A stretch of DNA of 63,835 nt, counting the filler, from Conidiobolus incongruus B7586 (Eukaryota): the NCBI GenBank assembly GCA_000697335.1. It is 9 parts of 9 records of this genome, joined end to end, with 100 filler letters (N's around TTAATTAATTAA, not from the genome) between each part and the next. Parts side by side here need not be neighbours in the genome. Positions count along the whole stretch, not along the records: positions 10,789 to 16,637 come from JNEM01006568.1; positions 16,738 to 22,365 come from JNEM01006571.1; positions 22,466 to 28,916 come from JNEM01006572.1; 6 more parts are not named here. One strand, written 5' to 3'. Within the stretch, counting starts at the first letter, position 1. Every line of letters begins with the position of its first letter. The translations under genes and the position numbers were made by a program. Shown piece after piece: positions 14,354 to 27,632 of this stretch. Below the pieces are notes generated by a model. That model was given only the letters and a program-made list of their open reading frames with translations. It was not told where the DNA came from and did no database searches.

Positions 14354-15514
14354 ATGATGGACGTATCGCCTTCAACTTCGCATTTGTCTGCCTCTTCTTT
14401 GGAGGAGTATCGTGCCTACCATTTACAACAAGTCAGAGAAGGAAAAAGAAAATTTCGTATTTTAGCAATTGATGGAGGAGGTGTTCGCGGTGTCATCCCT
14501 AGTGTGGTGCTTCAGTATATTGAAAAACAGACCGGAAAACCGGTATGTGAACTGTTTGATTTAGTATCCGGAACTAGTACTGGAGCCCTCCTAGCACTGA
14601 CTTTAGCTGTACCTGAAAAGCAAGCTGTGGTAAAGACATCAGCTGAAGGTGAAATTTTAATTGATGAGAAGACTACAAAAAAATCTAACAGTTCAAATTC
14701 TAAATCACCTCCCTTCCTGAGGCCAAATTACACTGCTCTCCAATCTTTGGATCTGTATTATAAAGAAACTCCTAAGATTTTCAAGACTAATCTTTATAGG
14801 AAAATTACCACAGGATTTGGTCTAAAAGCGGCACGTTATAATTCCAAAGTCAAACGTCAAGTTATTGAAGAATATGTCGGTGATTTGACTCTCAGAGATA
14901 CTCTTGTTGATGTACTCGTACCAACTTATGACGTGCGCGAAGGCATTCCATATTTCTTTAGCAGCTGGTACGCTCGCATGAATTCACACAAGAACTATTA
15001 TCTCAAAGATGTACTTGATGCAACATCCGCTGCGCCAACCTTTTTCAACCCCGTAAAAGTTGATGGTTATGACGCTTTCCCTAAACTTGGATATAGATTG
15101 TTTACAGATGGTGCTTTGACTGCTAATTGCCCAGCATTGTGCGCTGTGGTTGAGGCTGTTAAGCGTTATCGGCTCACACCTGACCAAATCGTTCTCGTAT
15201 CTCTTGGGTGTGGTGATGGAGATATTACTAAAAACTTCGAAGATGTCAGTCGATGGGGTGCACTTAACTGGTTATCATACTTGAGTGAGTCATTGATCTC
15301 CAGCTCAATGAACACTGTAAAATACCAACTTCAAGAAATTATGCCACCACAGGGATATTGGAGATTCCAAACCCTAGTTAATGCTTCCCACAGCTCTATA
15401 GACGACAGCAGTATTGGAAATTTAAATTATTTAAAGAAAGCTGGTGAAGCTCTTGTAGAGAAGGAGAAATCAAGATTAGATGAAGTCATCAATCTTCTCA
15501 CTTTGGGACTTTAA
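14354..15514 (+). CDS. Patatin-like phospholipase (386 aa, intronless)
   Basis: RILAIDGGGVRG glycine-rich loop, GTSTG nucleophile motif, ATSAAPTFF, catalytic DGA (FTDGALTANCP), VSLGCG. Confidence 0.95.
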   Translation: MMDVSPSTSHLSASSLEEYRAYHLQQVREGKRKFRILAIDGGGVRGVIPSVVLQYIEKQTGKPVCELFDLVSGTSTGALLALTLAVPEKQAVVKTSAEGEILIDEKTTKKSNSSNSKSPPFLRPNYTALQSLDLYYKETPKIFKTNLYRKITTGFGLKAARYNSKVKRQVIEEYVGDLTLRDTLVDVLVPTYDVREGIPYFFSSWYARMNSHKNYYLKDVLDATSAAPTFFNPVKVDGYDAFPKLGYRLFTDGALTANCPALCAVVEAVKRYRLTPDQIVLVSLGCGDGDITKNFEDVSRWGALNWLSYLSESLISSSMNTVKYQLQEIMPPQGYWRFQTLVNASHSSIDDSSIGNLNYLKKAGEALVEKEKSRLDEVINLLTLGL

Positions 15515-16412
15515 AACTTCAACTCCTTATTTCTAGCTAAATCACATCTCAATGTAAATATTACTTATTGAATTTTGATTAAAAATTTTTTATTTAATTA
15601 TATGATTGGGTTAAACTATCCCTTCACCACCACGTGATTGTTTAATATATCTTGATTGGAATAATTATTCCATAATAGATTTTTTATAGATTAAACGTTT
15701 TATCCGATTTTTTTTAAAAAAAATATGTTAAAATTTAGTTTACTTAAGGATTATTAATTATTTAATTCAATAATAATATCATTTGATTTTTATATGTTTT
15801 GTTATATTATAAAATTTTAAATTAAAATCATTATTTTATTTAATCTTTATTGAAAAAACAATCTAAAATATTAATACATAATTTATTTTGAATTGTAATG
15901 TATATTTTTAAATTTTATAATTAATAACCTAAATTTCAAATTTCATCATTATTCAATTTTTCAAGTTTTATAAATATATATAAAAATTAAAACTTTGATT
16001 CAACTTACAATTAAGGTTTATCCTTTAGTTTTTTTATTATTTATAACAGATTTTATAATTTATTTAAGATATTTAATCTTAAATAGGATTAATAAATAGA
16101 TATATCATATTTATATATACTTCATCGAATATCATTCTTATTAATTTTCCAAATTTAAATGATTGATTAAAAATAAAATATTAATGAGTTGATTTTATAT
16201 CAATTATAATCCTTAAATATCACAATTTACTTTAATAATTATTACTAACTTAAATTAATGTTAGAATTCTTATATATTTATTAAATTAATCTTATACTCT
16301 ATTTTATCAAAAAATTAAATATCAATTAATAATATATATCCATTATTATAAATAAATTCAAAAATTTATTAATTAAATATTTAAACTATTACCTTTTTTA
16401 TATATTATTATT

Positions 16413-16637
16413 TATTACCATGGAATCAAAGAAATGGGAAATTTTTTAATTTCTGATTTTTCAAACATATTATTAGTTTCAAATAAGCAAATATATACAA
16501 AACAAATAGGAAAATAAATAGTTTTGAATTATATATATATATAATAATTTTTTTGATTAAAAAATGAATTTTTTAAAATTAGTTGTTTAATTTAATCATG
16601 CTTAAACCAAATAGTAACCATCAAAAGTTTTTTATTG
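16413..16637 (+). mobile_element. Degenerate mariner-like (DD34D family) element, 5' end, truncated by gap
   Basis: Begins TATTACCATGGAATCAAAGAAATGGGAAATTTTT (TIR-like, TA terminus); ATG at 16598 reads MLKPNSNHQKFFI; reverse complement of ~17240-17458. Confidence 0.75.
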
Positions 16638-16737
16638 NNNNNNNNNNNNNNNNNNNNNNNNNNNNNNNNNNNNNNNNNNNNTTAATTAATTAANNNNNNN
16701 NNNNNNNNNNNNNNNNNNNNNNNNNNNNNNNNNNNNN
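16638..16737. other. Artificial 100-nt contig linker
   Basis: N44-TTAATTAATTAA-N44. Confidence 0.97.
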
Positions 16738-17458
16738 GGTTAATTTAATTTAAAATTTTGATTTTATTTTAATAAAAAATTATATAAAAAGATTTAAGAT
16801 TTATTAATTATAATAATTTATTATAAAGGTTTTAATTTCTAACTATACTTTAATAAATTTTATTTAACAATAATTATTCTAATTTTTTTAAGCTTATTTA
16901 AATTATAAGGTATTATTTTATATTTTTATTAATTAATTTTAATTTAAACTTTAATATATATAAAATGTTAACATAACTAATATTAAAACATCTTAATAAT
17001 TTTTTAACTAAAATAAAAAGATGTTTTTTAATATATTTTTTTATTCTATTAATAATTAAAAGAGTAATAGTTAAAATTAATCTTTTAAATTTTAATAAGT
17101 TTTAAGTAGTTTTTTTTAACCTTAAAGTAATTTACTTAGTAATAAATTATTAATTTAAATAATATTTCATTATTAAAAGTTATTTGTAAATTTTAAATGA
17201 TTTTAAAGGGTTTATAGTTAAGTTTTATTAATTCTAAAATAAAAAACTTATGATGGTTATTATTTAGTTTAAGTATAATTAAATTAAATAATTGATTTTA
17301 AAAAATTATTTTTTAATCAAAAAAATTATATATATATATATAATTCAAAATTATTTATTTTCTTATTTGTTTTTATATATTTTTTTATTTAAAACTAATA
17401 ATATATTTGAAAAATCAGAAATTAAAAAATTTTCCATTTTTTTGATTTTATGGTAATA
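16738..17458 (-). mobile_element. Degenerate mariner-like element, 5' half
   Basis: Directly similar to ~22550-23270 and ~28210-28916; ends in CCATTTTTTTGATTTTATGGTAATA, the reverse complement of the TIR at 16413. Confidence 0.75.
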
Positions 17459-17994
17459 TCTCACATTTGTTATAACTTAAACCATTGTGAGTGTTATGAG
17501 AAAAACTTAGAGACTAGATACTTTGAAATAAAGATAAAAAAGATGTGTTTATTAGTTTGTTCATGATAATCTTATATTAGCTTTCATTATTGATTTTTAT
17601 AGATAGGGTTAACTTAATGACAGAAAGGAACATAACTATCCAGTTCAGGAAATAAGTGTTCCTAATGTGATTTCTTGATATAGTGTGGTAATTATAGTTT
17701 CTTGAGTGATTGACAAGATCTTTTCACATCACAATGAATCTAAATCAAATACAATACAATAAACTTGAATTTAATTAAGATATATTAATTTATTACAGGT
17801 ATTATTCAAAAATATTATTTTAATTAACTATATTGATTTTAATAATTAAATATTAATAAAAGACACTTTTCGAATTGTTTTAAATCAAATTAAATGACTC
17901 AGCTCTGAAATGTAGAGAACCTAGAACCCAAATAATCTATCGGGATTTATCGAGGTTTTTATGGGGGCTTTTATTCTATCCTAGTTGGTTAGTA

Positions 17995-19425
17995 TGACTT
18001 TTTTATAACCTATAATATTAAAACTTGTGTCCAAAATGAGTAATCGAAATTGATATTGATATTGATATCAGCATGAGTGATTGAGGGTTTATAGATCAAG
18101 TTGGCTGTATGGCAAAAATGAAATTGGTTTAATAAGGAGTTTTAAAGATTAATTCATTTTATAAATGTGTGTTAATTTTCTCAATAGTAACGAATAGCTC
18201 TTTCCAAAGTATTGGATACTCGGATGATAAAATGATTTATGCCCAATCACATTTATGACTTGAAAATATCATGTTAGTCACTTAAAGGAATAGTAGAGGT
18301 ACATAACTAAAGTTCATTAATACATCATTTCTATCAAAGAACATGAGGAGTAAATTAAATGTAACAACATTAGAAAATATATGTTAGATCACTTGATAAT
18401 GTTGATGAAGATTTTGTTCTAATATTGTGAAGTACGTTTTTAAAAGAATCCAATGGATGTAAACTTATTGAATTGTTATAGTGAAGAACAGTTAAAAGGG
18501 ATTCGAAACTCATTTAACATAAGTTTGGACAGCGCTCAATGATATAAATAATTTATTCATCGATAAGTCAGAGTAAGCATAATTAATTTGATTCATTTGT
18601 GAGGATGAGGCTGTATTGGTTTATCAAAGAATCCTAACTTATTTTGGACAGAGGTCTCCCCAAAGAGCCATTTCAAGGCTTTCAGTTTGCTAAAGCTTGG
18701 GGTTGAAAATATAATGGCCAGCTCAGAAGTCAAGCATGATTTAATTAAACTATGAAGAAATCAATTAATCCAATTTCCAATATGCTCTAAATTATCATTA
18801 ACTTGTTAGGAATTGGTATGAATGATAATGTTAGAAATATACTGGGATCATAACTATTATTTATTTTAAATCAATCTATTCCAACAGATTCATTACATTA
18901 TGTTTTTAATAGATGGTAAAATTATCAGGACTAACGTGCATATTTTTAATTTTGAGATCAAGACAGCATATTAAGGAGAGGGATTAAACGAAGACTTTAA
19001 ATAAAATTTAAAATTTTTGAGTTAGAAGTATATAAATTACTTGAATAACCTGATTCCAATGAATATCTGGGTGATATTTATCAATATTCTATGCTAAGAT
19101 AAATATATATTTTATCACGTTACAGGCTAATAAAGTCCAAATTAAATTATCTGAACTTAATTTTTCAATCCAAGTATATCGATTGATTACTTTTGTTTTT
19201 CTACCAAATGACTACTATAATAATAGTGGAAAAGTGATCCATATATTGTAATGGAATAACTTATATCTAGCTATTATTGATATTCACAATATTAATGAAT
19301 TAACTGAATTAAACGAACGCATATTAATTATTCTAAGATTCAAGTTGCATGGCTTTTTTGGATTGCTGTCAATTATAATAATAATTTGTGGAGATAGTCT
19401 AAGACATAGATATTGATTTATCTAT
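17995..19425 (-). pseudogene. Decayed tandem paralog of the F-box/LRR gene at 20157-21662
   Basis: Colinear similarity, e.g. CATTTGTGAGGATGAGGCTGTATTGGTTTATC (~18594) vs CATTTGTGAGGATGAGATTGTATTGGTTTATC (~20767). Start codon appears as ATA and the F-box Trp codon as TAG; multiple stops and indels; ends approximate. Confidence 0.85.
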
Positions 19426-20156
19426 TTTTTATTAAATTGAAATATATTTGAAAATCAAAATTATATTCAATTAATTATGAAAAGAAAACAAATTATAAAA
19501 TTATATAAAATATTCTATATGTGAAAGCATAGATCACATTCTTAAGCAATAAACTTTATAAATTGGTATTATTTATAATATTAGACAATTTAAATATGAT
19601 ATAATATGGTGATGAACAAAATATTTTATGTGTATCTAGAAAATTTGAGAAAAATTAAGTATAAATTAAACCAAATATATTTGATTTTGTTGGAGATTGA
19701 TAATAAATCTTTTCCTATTAATAAAATAAAATGAAATAAATTATATTAATATATAGTGAAAAATTGTAACTTTAACATATTCAGGTAATAAAAATAATAT
19801 AATATTAATAATTGCAATTTGAATTTGGGAATAATTATATAACAGCATCAAACATATATCAAAGATCAATTTTTATTATTCTTACAAAAGGAAAGCTATT
19901 ATAAAAAATAAATGCGACCTGGTTTTAATTAACTATTTATAATATTGCTATTCAAAATTAATCTATGATAATTAGTAATTTTAATTATACTAAAAAATTC
20001 AATCCAACTTTCTCTATATTTGTAAATATATAAATATTTTTGATAAATTTAAAAATAAAAATATGATACAATATTAAATATTTTATTATAATAGTTGTTA
20101 CTATAGTAAAAATCTACCATGAATTAACAATTTGAAAGGAATATATTTTCTCAATT

Positions 20157-21662
20157 TCAAAGTCTAATTTCTCGATGTATATTTATATTATAACTCATAT
20201 CAAAAAATTGATACGATGAATATATGCGAATATCTTTACGAGTAATAGTAGGTTGATAAACATTATCGTCTATATCGCAAAAGTAAAAAGATTTTAAATT
20301 TGGTGCTTTTTGAATTAAGGTATCATATCCATTTGGTTTAGAATCATAAATTTCAATATATAATTCTTCCCATTTTAAAAGGTAGTCGGAGCTTGAGATG
20401 AGTTCTGTGAAATCGTATTTGAAACTTGAAAATATCATTTTAATAACTTGAGGGAATAATAGAGGTATAGAGATGACGTTCATAGATATACCTTCAGTTA
20501 CATTGGGCACGCGAAATAAATTTAATGTAACGACATTTGGAAATAGGTGCTGAATTGCTTGATAATGCTCATGTAAATTCGGCTTTAACCCTGAAACGAG
20601 TAGCCTTTTAAGTGATTTCAATGGGGATAAACTCATTGGATTAGGATGATTAGGAACAACTAAAGGAGATTCGAAATTCATTTCACACAAGTTTGGACAA
20701 TGCTCAATGATATAAGCCATTGAATATTCATCGATTGAAGTCAGAGTGAGCATAGTTAAGTTAGTCCATTTGTGAGGATGAGATTGTATTGGTTTATCGA
20801 ATAATCCAGACATTGTTTGGCTTGAGGGCTCACCAAAACGCCATTGTAAACTTTTCAATTTATTAAATCTAGGATTTAAAAATACCATAGTTAGTTCAAA
20901 AGCCAAATACGATTTTATAGATAGTTGATCATGAGGATAATCTTCTATCCAGATACTAAGGTCCTGCAAAGTATCATGAACGAGTAATATATTAGGCGTT
21001 GGCATAGATGATATTGTTGGAAATCTATTTAAGTGATAACGATATTCTACTTTCAAACTAAACTTTTTCAACTGCCTCATAGCTTTATATTTTTCTAAAG
21101 CCGGTAAAATATTCTCTGGATTGGTGAATAGTGTCAAATTGGTAATCTGTGATTCTGATATCATGTCTAGTAGTGTCAATAGACATTGACGATCTAATAC
21201 AAGATTAAATTCTCTAAGGTTCGGAAGACTAGCTATTATTTGGAATGCTTGATTCCAATCAAGATTTTGATACACTTTTTCAGGTCTTACCACAGAAAGA
21301 TTAATAGATTTGATTAATCTCCAATTTGATAAAACAAGTGTTAAGCTACTTAGACATGGTTCTGTTACACACCACTCTAAAGTTTGAATCAAAGGGCATT
21401 GATGGATAATATCTATGAACTCCTCATCTTTAAAGTAAAAATTATTCATATAGCGAAATGATGGTCCATAACTTTCAAGAAAGTGACTCAATGCATAACC
21501 ATTCCTTGCTGCTATATCAAGTATTAATGACTGAATTGCACGGCACCAATGTTTGTTAATTAATCGAATATCTAAAATCCATTGCTTTGTAAGGTAACTT
21601 GAAATTTTGAGAACAATATCTTCAGGAAGATTTGTCCAAGATATAGGAATTGATTTAATCAT
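20157..21662 (-). CDS. F-box / leucine-rich-repeat (RNI-like) protein (501 aa)
   Basis: N-terminal F-box WTNLPEDIVLKISSYL...IRLINKHW followed by LxxLxL repeats (LPNLREFNL, CPNLCEMNF, APNLKSF). Confidence 0.85.
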   Translation of the reverse strand: MIKSIPISWTNLPEDIVLKISSYLTKQWILDIRLINKHWCRAIQSLILDIAARNGYALSHFLESYGPSFRYMNNFYFKDEEFIDIIHQCPLIQTLEWCVTEPCLSSLTLVLSNWRLIKSINLSVVRPEKVYQNLDWNQAFQIIASLPNLREFNLVLDRQCLLTLLDMISESQITNLTLFTNPENILPALEKYKAMRQLKKFSLKVEYRYHLNRFPTISSMPTPNILLVHDTLQDLSIWIEDYPHDQLSIKSYLAFELTMVFLNPRFNKLKSLQWRFGEPSSQTMSGLFDKPIQSHPHKWTNLTMLTLTSIDEYSMAYIIEHCPNLCEMNFESPLVVPNHPNPMSLSPLKSLKRLLVSGLKPNLHEHYQAIQHLFPNVVTLNLFRVPNVTEGISMNVISIPLLFPQVIKMIFSSFKYDFTELISSSDYLLKWEELYIEIYDSKPNGYDTLIQKAPNLKSFYFCDIDDNVYQPTITRKDIRIYSSYQFFDMSYNINIHREIRL

Positions 21663-21859
21663 TAAATTAAATACAAAAATTATTGAAATTTATAAAACAT
21701 TAACTTTGTCTATTTAATACAAAAAATAAACTATCTAATTTCAAATCATTAAATTTCAAATTAACATTAAATCCAATTTTAGTATTTTATTGGAAATTAG
21801 AATTTACTAAATACTGAATTAAATTATTATAAATATTATGGTTTTGTATTATTTAAATT

Positions 21860-22365
21860 TATACTATAAGGAAGGAATGGCAAATTTTTTAATTTTTGAT
21901 TTTCCAAACATATTGTTAGTTAAAAGAAATAAATCATATAGAAAATAAACTGGAGAATTTATATTTTCATATTATATATATTTATTAATATATATATATA
22001 TATATATCAAGATTTTTTTATTTAAATTATTATTAATGAATTTAATCATTTTTAAAATAAAATGATTATTAAAAGTGTTTTATTTTAAATTTATTAATAC
22101 TTTACCACAAACCCTCTAAAATTATTTAAAATTTGCAAATATTATAAAAAGTCAATAGTTTATCTAAAACTACAATTTATTACTAGATTTATTATTTTAT
22201 AACTAAAAAAAATATTGTTCAAAATTTATCAAAATTTAAATTACTAAATTTTTCTGTTTATATTTTTATTAATATAAAAATTATATATTAAGAGAATTTT
22301 TATTTTAATCAATAAATAATTAAAGCAATTTATTTTTAATTATATAAATTTATTATATATTAAAA
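21860..22365 (+). mobile_element. Degenerate mariner-like element, 5' part, truncated by gap
   Basis: GGAATGGCAAATTTTTTAATTTTTGATTTTCCAAACATATTGTTAG matches ~16430-16480; interior is the reverse complement of ~17000-17260. Confidence 0.7.
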
Positions 22366-22465
22366 NNNNNNNNNNNNNNNNNNNNNNNNNNNNNNNNNNN
22401 NNNNNNNNNTTAATTAATTAANNNNNNNNNNNNNNNNNNNNNNNNNNNNNNNNNNNNNNNNNNNN
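22366..22465. other. Artificial 100-nt contig linker
   Basis: N44-TTAATTAATTAA-N44. Confidence 0.97.
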
Positions 22466-23276
22466 AAAAATTATATAATATTAAAAATTATGGTAATAAT
22501 TAATCTTTACTTATAAATTAAGTATTTATTTATCGGAATTTATAAAAAGGATTAATTTAGCTTAATTCACCATTTTGTTTTATTTTTTATATAAAGAGTT
22601 ATATAAAAAATCCAAATATATTTAATTATAGGAATTTGTTATAAATTCTATATTATTGGTTATATTTTAATGAATATTGATTAACAATAACTATTCTAAT
22701 CTTTTATATGCTTTGGTTCAATTAAAAGGTATTTATTATTGTATTTTTATATATTAATACAAATTTAAGCTTTAATATATTTATTATAATTATATATTTA
22801 ATATTAAATGATCTAGATAATTCTTTATTTAAAATGTAAAAATATTATTCAATATATTTTTTAATATATCAATGTTTAAAAAAATAATAATAGAAATTAA
22901 TCATCTAGATATAGATAAATTTTGAATAATATTCTTTTAGATTTGAAATAATGAATCTGGCAATAAATGGTAGTTTTAGATATAATACTATCTTCATAAG
23001 CTGTTTGTAAATTTTATATGATTTTAAAGGGTTTATGGTTAAGTTTTAATGGTATTAAAATAAAAAACTTTTGATGATCATAATTTGATTTAAATATATT
23101 TAAATTTAAATTTTTAACAAAAAATATTATAAAGAAAAAATAATAAAAAGCTATATATAATATAAAAATACTAACTCTCTTATATATTATATATATAACT
23201 AATTTCACCAAACTAGCAATATATTTGAAGAATCATAAATTAAAGAATTTGCCATTTTTTCTTTCCAAACTAATAT
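22466..23276 (-). mobile_element. Degenerate mariner-like element, 5' half
   Basis: Reads ...IFKSNYDHQKFFILIPLKLNHKPFKII (transposase N-terminus, cf. 16598); colinear with ~28120-28916; TIR-like end AATTTGCCATTTTTTCTTTCC. Confidence 0.72.
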
Positions 23277-24634
23277 AGAGTGAATATGATAAATTATTGG
23301 ATTTTAACTTCCATTTATAATGATATTAAAATCACAGTAAAATCATTGTAATTGTTAGAGTAACATTCAATTTAGGGATAATAAATTATTTTTTGAAACA
23401 CTGAAAATAAATTTAATTACTGAGATAGATGAAAATATTTTTAATAAAAATTTTAACCTAGAAAATAAAAATATATATATTATGCGTAATTTAAATATAT
23501 TTGAGTATTCTGATTAATTTTAATAATTTATTGATCATCATTTGATTGTATGATTAATCTCAAGTTTATAATCAATATGTGTGTATACTTAATTAAAATT
23601 ACTTAATTTAATAATACATATTATGGTTTAAATTCATTATATTTCAAATTGATTTTTAATGATTAAAATTTGATAATGCAATAAAATTCCAAAAAATCAA
23701 TGGTAAGATAATGCATCAAACAAAATAGTTATTGATAAAATGATTTATATGCAAATTTAACATTATATCAATCAAATATTATAAATTATATATATATATA
23801 TCATTGTATAACGTGTAGTAATATTTTATTATAAAATATTTGGCTAAATTATAAATGAAAATTATTTAATATACATTACATGAAATAAAAAGGAAATAGA
23901 CTATTTATTTAAGTAATTAATAAAAATTCACAATATTAACCCAAGCTTTTTTATATTATGTGTTTAATTTTTTTTAAATTATTTTTGATCAAAGGTCATA
24001 AATACAATTCAAAAATTCGGAAAATTTTGCAAAATTTTATGAATTTTAATATATTTTTAACTTAACAGGTATTTAATTATTGTCGAATTTAATTAAATTT
24101 ATCGATTTTTTATGATATTAATATCCAATCTAAATATCATGTTGTGACGTTGGAAGAGTCATTTGGCTGGGTGGTTGACTGTTAATTAAATATTAACTTT
24201 AATTAAATACAAAGGCTATTGAGTTTTTGAAGTTACAAAATTATAATAGCTTATAAGTTATTTTAGCTTACATATAAATAATTCTTAAGAATGATTTAAG
24301 ACAATTTTTAATGATTAATAATAATGAATTCATTGAAAGCATACTACAGATTACACCAATTGAATCTTCTGGAATCAACCAATATTTTGAATGGATCAGA
24401 TTATGGAATGAGTGAATGATGATATGTAAATTTAATGAATTCTATTTGTAGAATTAAGCGAAAAACCTTTTATGATTTATTGACACCATTGGATGAGATC
24501 ATTGCAATTTTAAGTTATATAAATAGGTCACATCACTAAAATTTCAGAATTATTGATTTTTATTATTAAAGTAATTTTATAAGTGATTGAGTGACAGAAT
24601 GATTGATTAATAGTATTTAGTTTATTTAGTAGCG

Positions 24635-25660
24635 ATGCCTTCAGTTTTAGAACAATTAAAGAAATTAACTACCGTCGTTGCCGATACTGGTGATTTTGAA
24701 AGTAAGTAATCTGTTAATTGAAATTCAGGTTTGATGACTTATGTATATCTTAATTGTTTAGCTATTGCCGAATACCGTCCTACTGACGCCACCACCAATC
24801 CTTCCTTGATCTTGGCCGCTGCTCAAAAGCCCCAATATAAGCACCTCATTGATGATGCCATTAGCTACGCCAAGCAAAAGGGTGGCAGCATCGAAGAACA
24901 AACCGAATGGGCTGTCGACAAATTATTGATCAATTTCGGTACTGAGATCTTAAAGTTGATTCCTGGTCGTGTTTCTACTGAAGTTGACGCCAAATTATCT
25001 TTCGACAAGCAAGCCACCATCAACAAGGCTCTCCGTTTGATTAAGCTCTATGAAGAAGCTGGTATCTCTAAGGAGCGTATTTTAATCAAGATCGCTTCCA
25101 CTTGGGAAGGTATCCAAGCCGCTAAGGAACTCGAATCCAAACACCAAGTCCACTGTAACCTTACCCTTCTCTTCAGTTTCCCTCAAGCTGTTGCCTGTGC
25201 TGAAGCTGGTGTCACCTTGATCTCTCCCTTCGTTGGTCGTATCCTCGACTGGTACAAGGCCAACGAAAAGAAGGACTACGCCAGCCACGAAGATCCCGGT
25301 GTCCTCAGTGTCCAACGTATTTACAATTACTACAAGAAGTACGGTTACAAGACCATTGTTATGGGAGCTAGTTTCCGTAACACTGGTGAAATCGAACAAC
25401 TCGCCGGTTGTGACTACCTCACCATCTCCCCCGCCCTCCTCAAGGAACTCAACGCCGCCACCCACGACCTCAAGCAAGTCCTCAGTGTCGAAGCTGCCCA
25501 AGCCAGCGCCGATCCTAAGGTTAGCTTCGACGAAGCTAGCTTCCGCTGGCACCACAACCAAGACGCCATGGCCTCCGACAAGTTATCCGAAGGTATTCGT
25601 AAATTTGCTATCGACGGTGACAAGCTTGTCGCTCAGCTCAAATCCCAGCTTTCTGCCTAA
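24635..25660 (+). CDS. TAL1: Transaldolase (321 aa; exons 24635-24701, 24762-25660)
   Basis: Spliced N-terminus [35 protein letters not shown], catalytic [33 protein letters not shown] 60-nt GTAAGT..TTTAG intron keeps the frame. Confidence 0.97.
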
Positions 25661-27632
25661 TTTAAACGAAGTGAACCACGTATTACCTAAGCTCTTCCAG
25701 TCATATAGTTTAATTGTTAAATATTAAAAACTTTTCAATTTATTAACCTTTTTTCATAATCTAAAATTTATTAATTTGTCACAAACAGATTCTTATTAAT
25801 ATTATATATATCATAATAATATAAAATTGAGCAATTTTAGTATTTAAATAATGGAAATTCACTTCAGTTTTTTATATAAACTTGTTTAGTTTACCTTTGT
25901 TATTTTTATCTTGAATTTTATTAAAGGATCAAACAGAAACATAGTCTTATGTATCCAACAGTCATAAAATTTGTTCTTTATATATGATTGATATGTATGT
26001 TTAAATTTAATTATTAATAGTTAACCCTTTAGGTACAGCATGAACTTGGGATACTATTATCCCATGATTATCATTTATTTATTGGTAGATTTCTTAATTA
26101 GTGTTGATTATTGGATGAATATAATCTTTTAATAATTGGTTATATGCAAGTGGGATTTGTAGATCCCATCTTTATAACAATATGATTTGTTAATAATATT
26201 AATACACTTTGTAATAATTAAGCTTATTTTTAATTGTTGCAATATATTAATAAGGGTTTACAATATCAATATTAATGTAAAAAAATAATTGAAAATATTG
26301 TTGAAATACCAAAGTATAAAATATTATATTGTGATTTTGTTATATTTGATAATAATAATAATAATCAATCATTATAGTGTGTTATATTTGAGAATATTGC
26401 TCATAAAGTTTGCTCACACAATTTATCTTTGGCATTAAATTGAGAGTTTGATAATAATATTGTTTTTGTTGGATTTATTATATATAACAATATAAAAAGT
26501 TTTTAGGTTTATCATTTGATATAAATAAATCTTTAAGATATCTATAAGCTAATAAAGAATTTTATTTTAATAATACAAATAATTTAATTGATGATTTTAG
26601 TGATTTGTTATAATATACTTTAGAATCTCAAATTATGCCAGTATATATTAATAAATATAATAAATTATATTAATTATGCATTTAATATTTAAATTGTGTT
26701 TTGATTAAATATAATTGAAATGGTATACTGGGTTTATTTTATCATTTTATAACTAAATATTCAATAACGTTAGGACTTAAACTAATTAATATATTAAAAC
26801 TACTAAAATTACTGAAACTAAATTTAATATATTTTTATCTTAAAAATTATAATATCTTAATAAAATTAAATTAAATCAAGAATTATTAGTCAAGTAAACC
26901 ATTTTGTAAAGTTGAAGTGTTTAAACAACATATGGCAAGAGATTAATTTTTAGAAATTTATAATTTTTTAAAATTTCATCTTAATCCTTTACCAAACTTA
27001 AAAAACAGATATTATGATCCTTTTTAGTTTTTTCACATATTACTTCAATATTTTAAACAAAATTATAGTTATATTGTTATTCTAAGGGGTATTTGTAATT
27101 TTGATAAAAGTTTATATTTAATAATAATAAAAATTAAAACCAAATCTTATAATCTTAAAAAACCAAATAAATATATAATTTGATTTTATATATTAATTGG
27201 ATAGAAGAATTTATATATTTATATCTTATAATATAATAATATAGGGAATATTATCATAAATCCTCTAGAATAATTTTTGCTTAATATTTTATAAACTTAG
27301 TGATTTTTATTTTAAAAATATTAATCAATAATTTAAAACAAGCCTTATTTTATTATAAATATTATAAATAGCTTTAATAAATAAATATGATAATTTTTAT
27401 TTTATATTTATTATAGATAATTTTTATTTTAGATATCCTTCGGCAAAGCTATTATATAATATTATTTAAAATAATAGTTAAATGCTAGGAACTTATTAAA
27501 TTAATAATATTTAATCAAAAGATTAATTATTTATTAAAAAAAATTAATATTTTTAAGTTATAACTTAAAAGATTAAAGGTATTAGTTTAATATTCAAATT
27601 ATTAAGTATTTGTAAAAAACACTAGTTATATT

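Noticed and set aside
25930..27620. Possible decayed gene or transposon remnants downstream of TAL1
   Set aside because: Composition hints at a relic, but I recovered no convincing motif in any frame.
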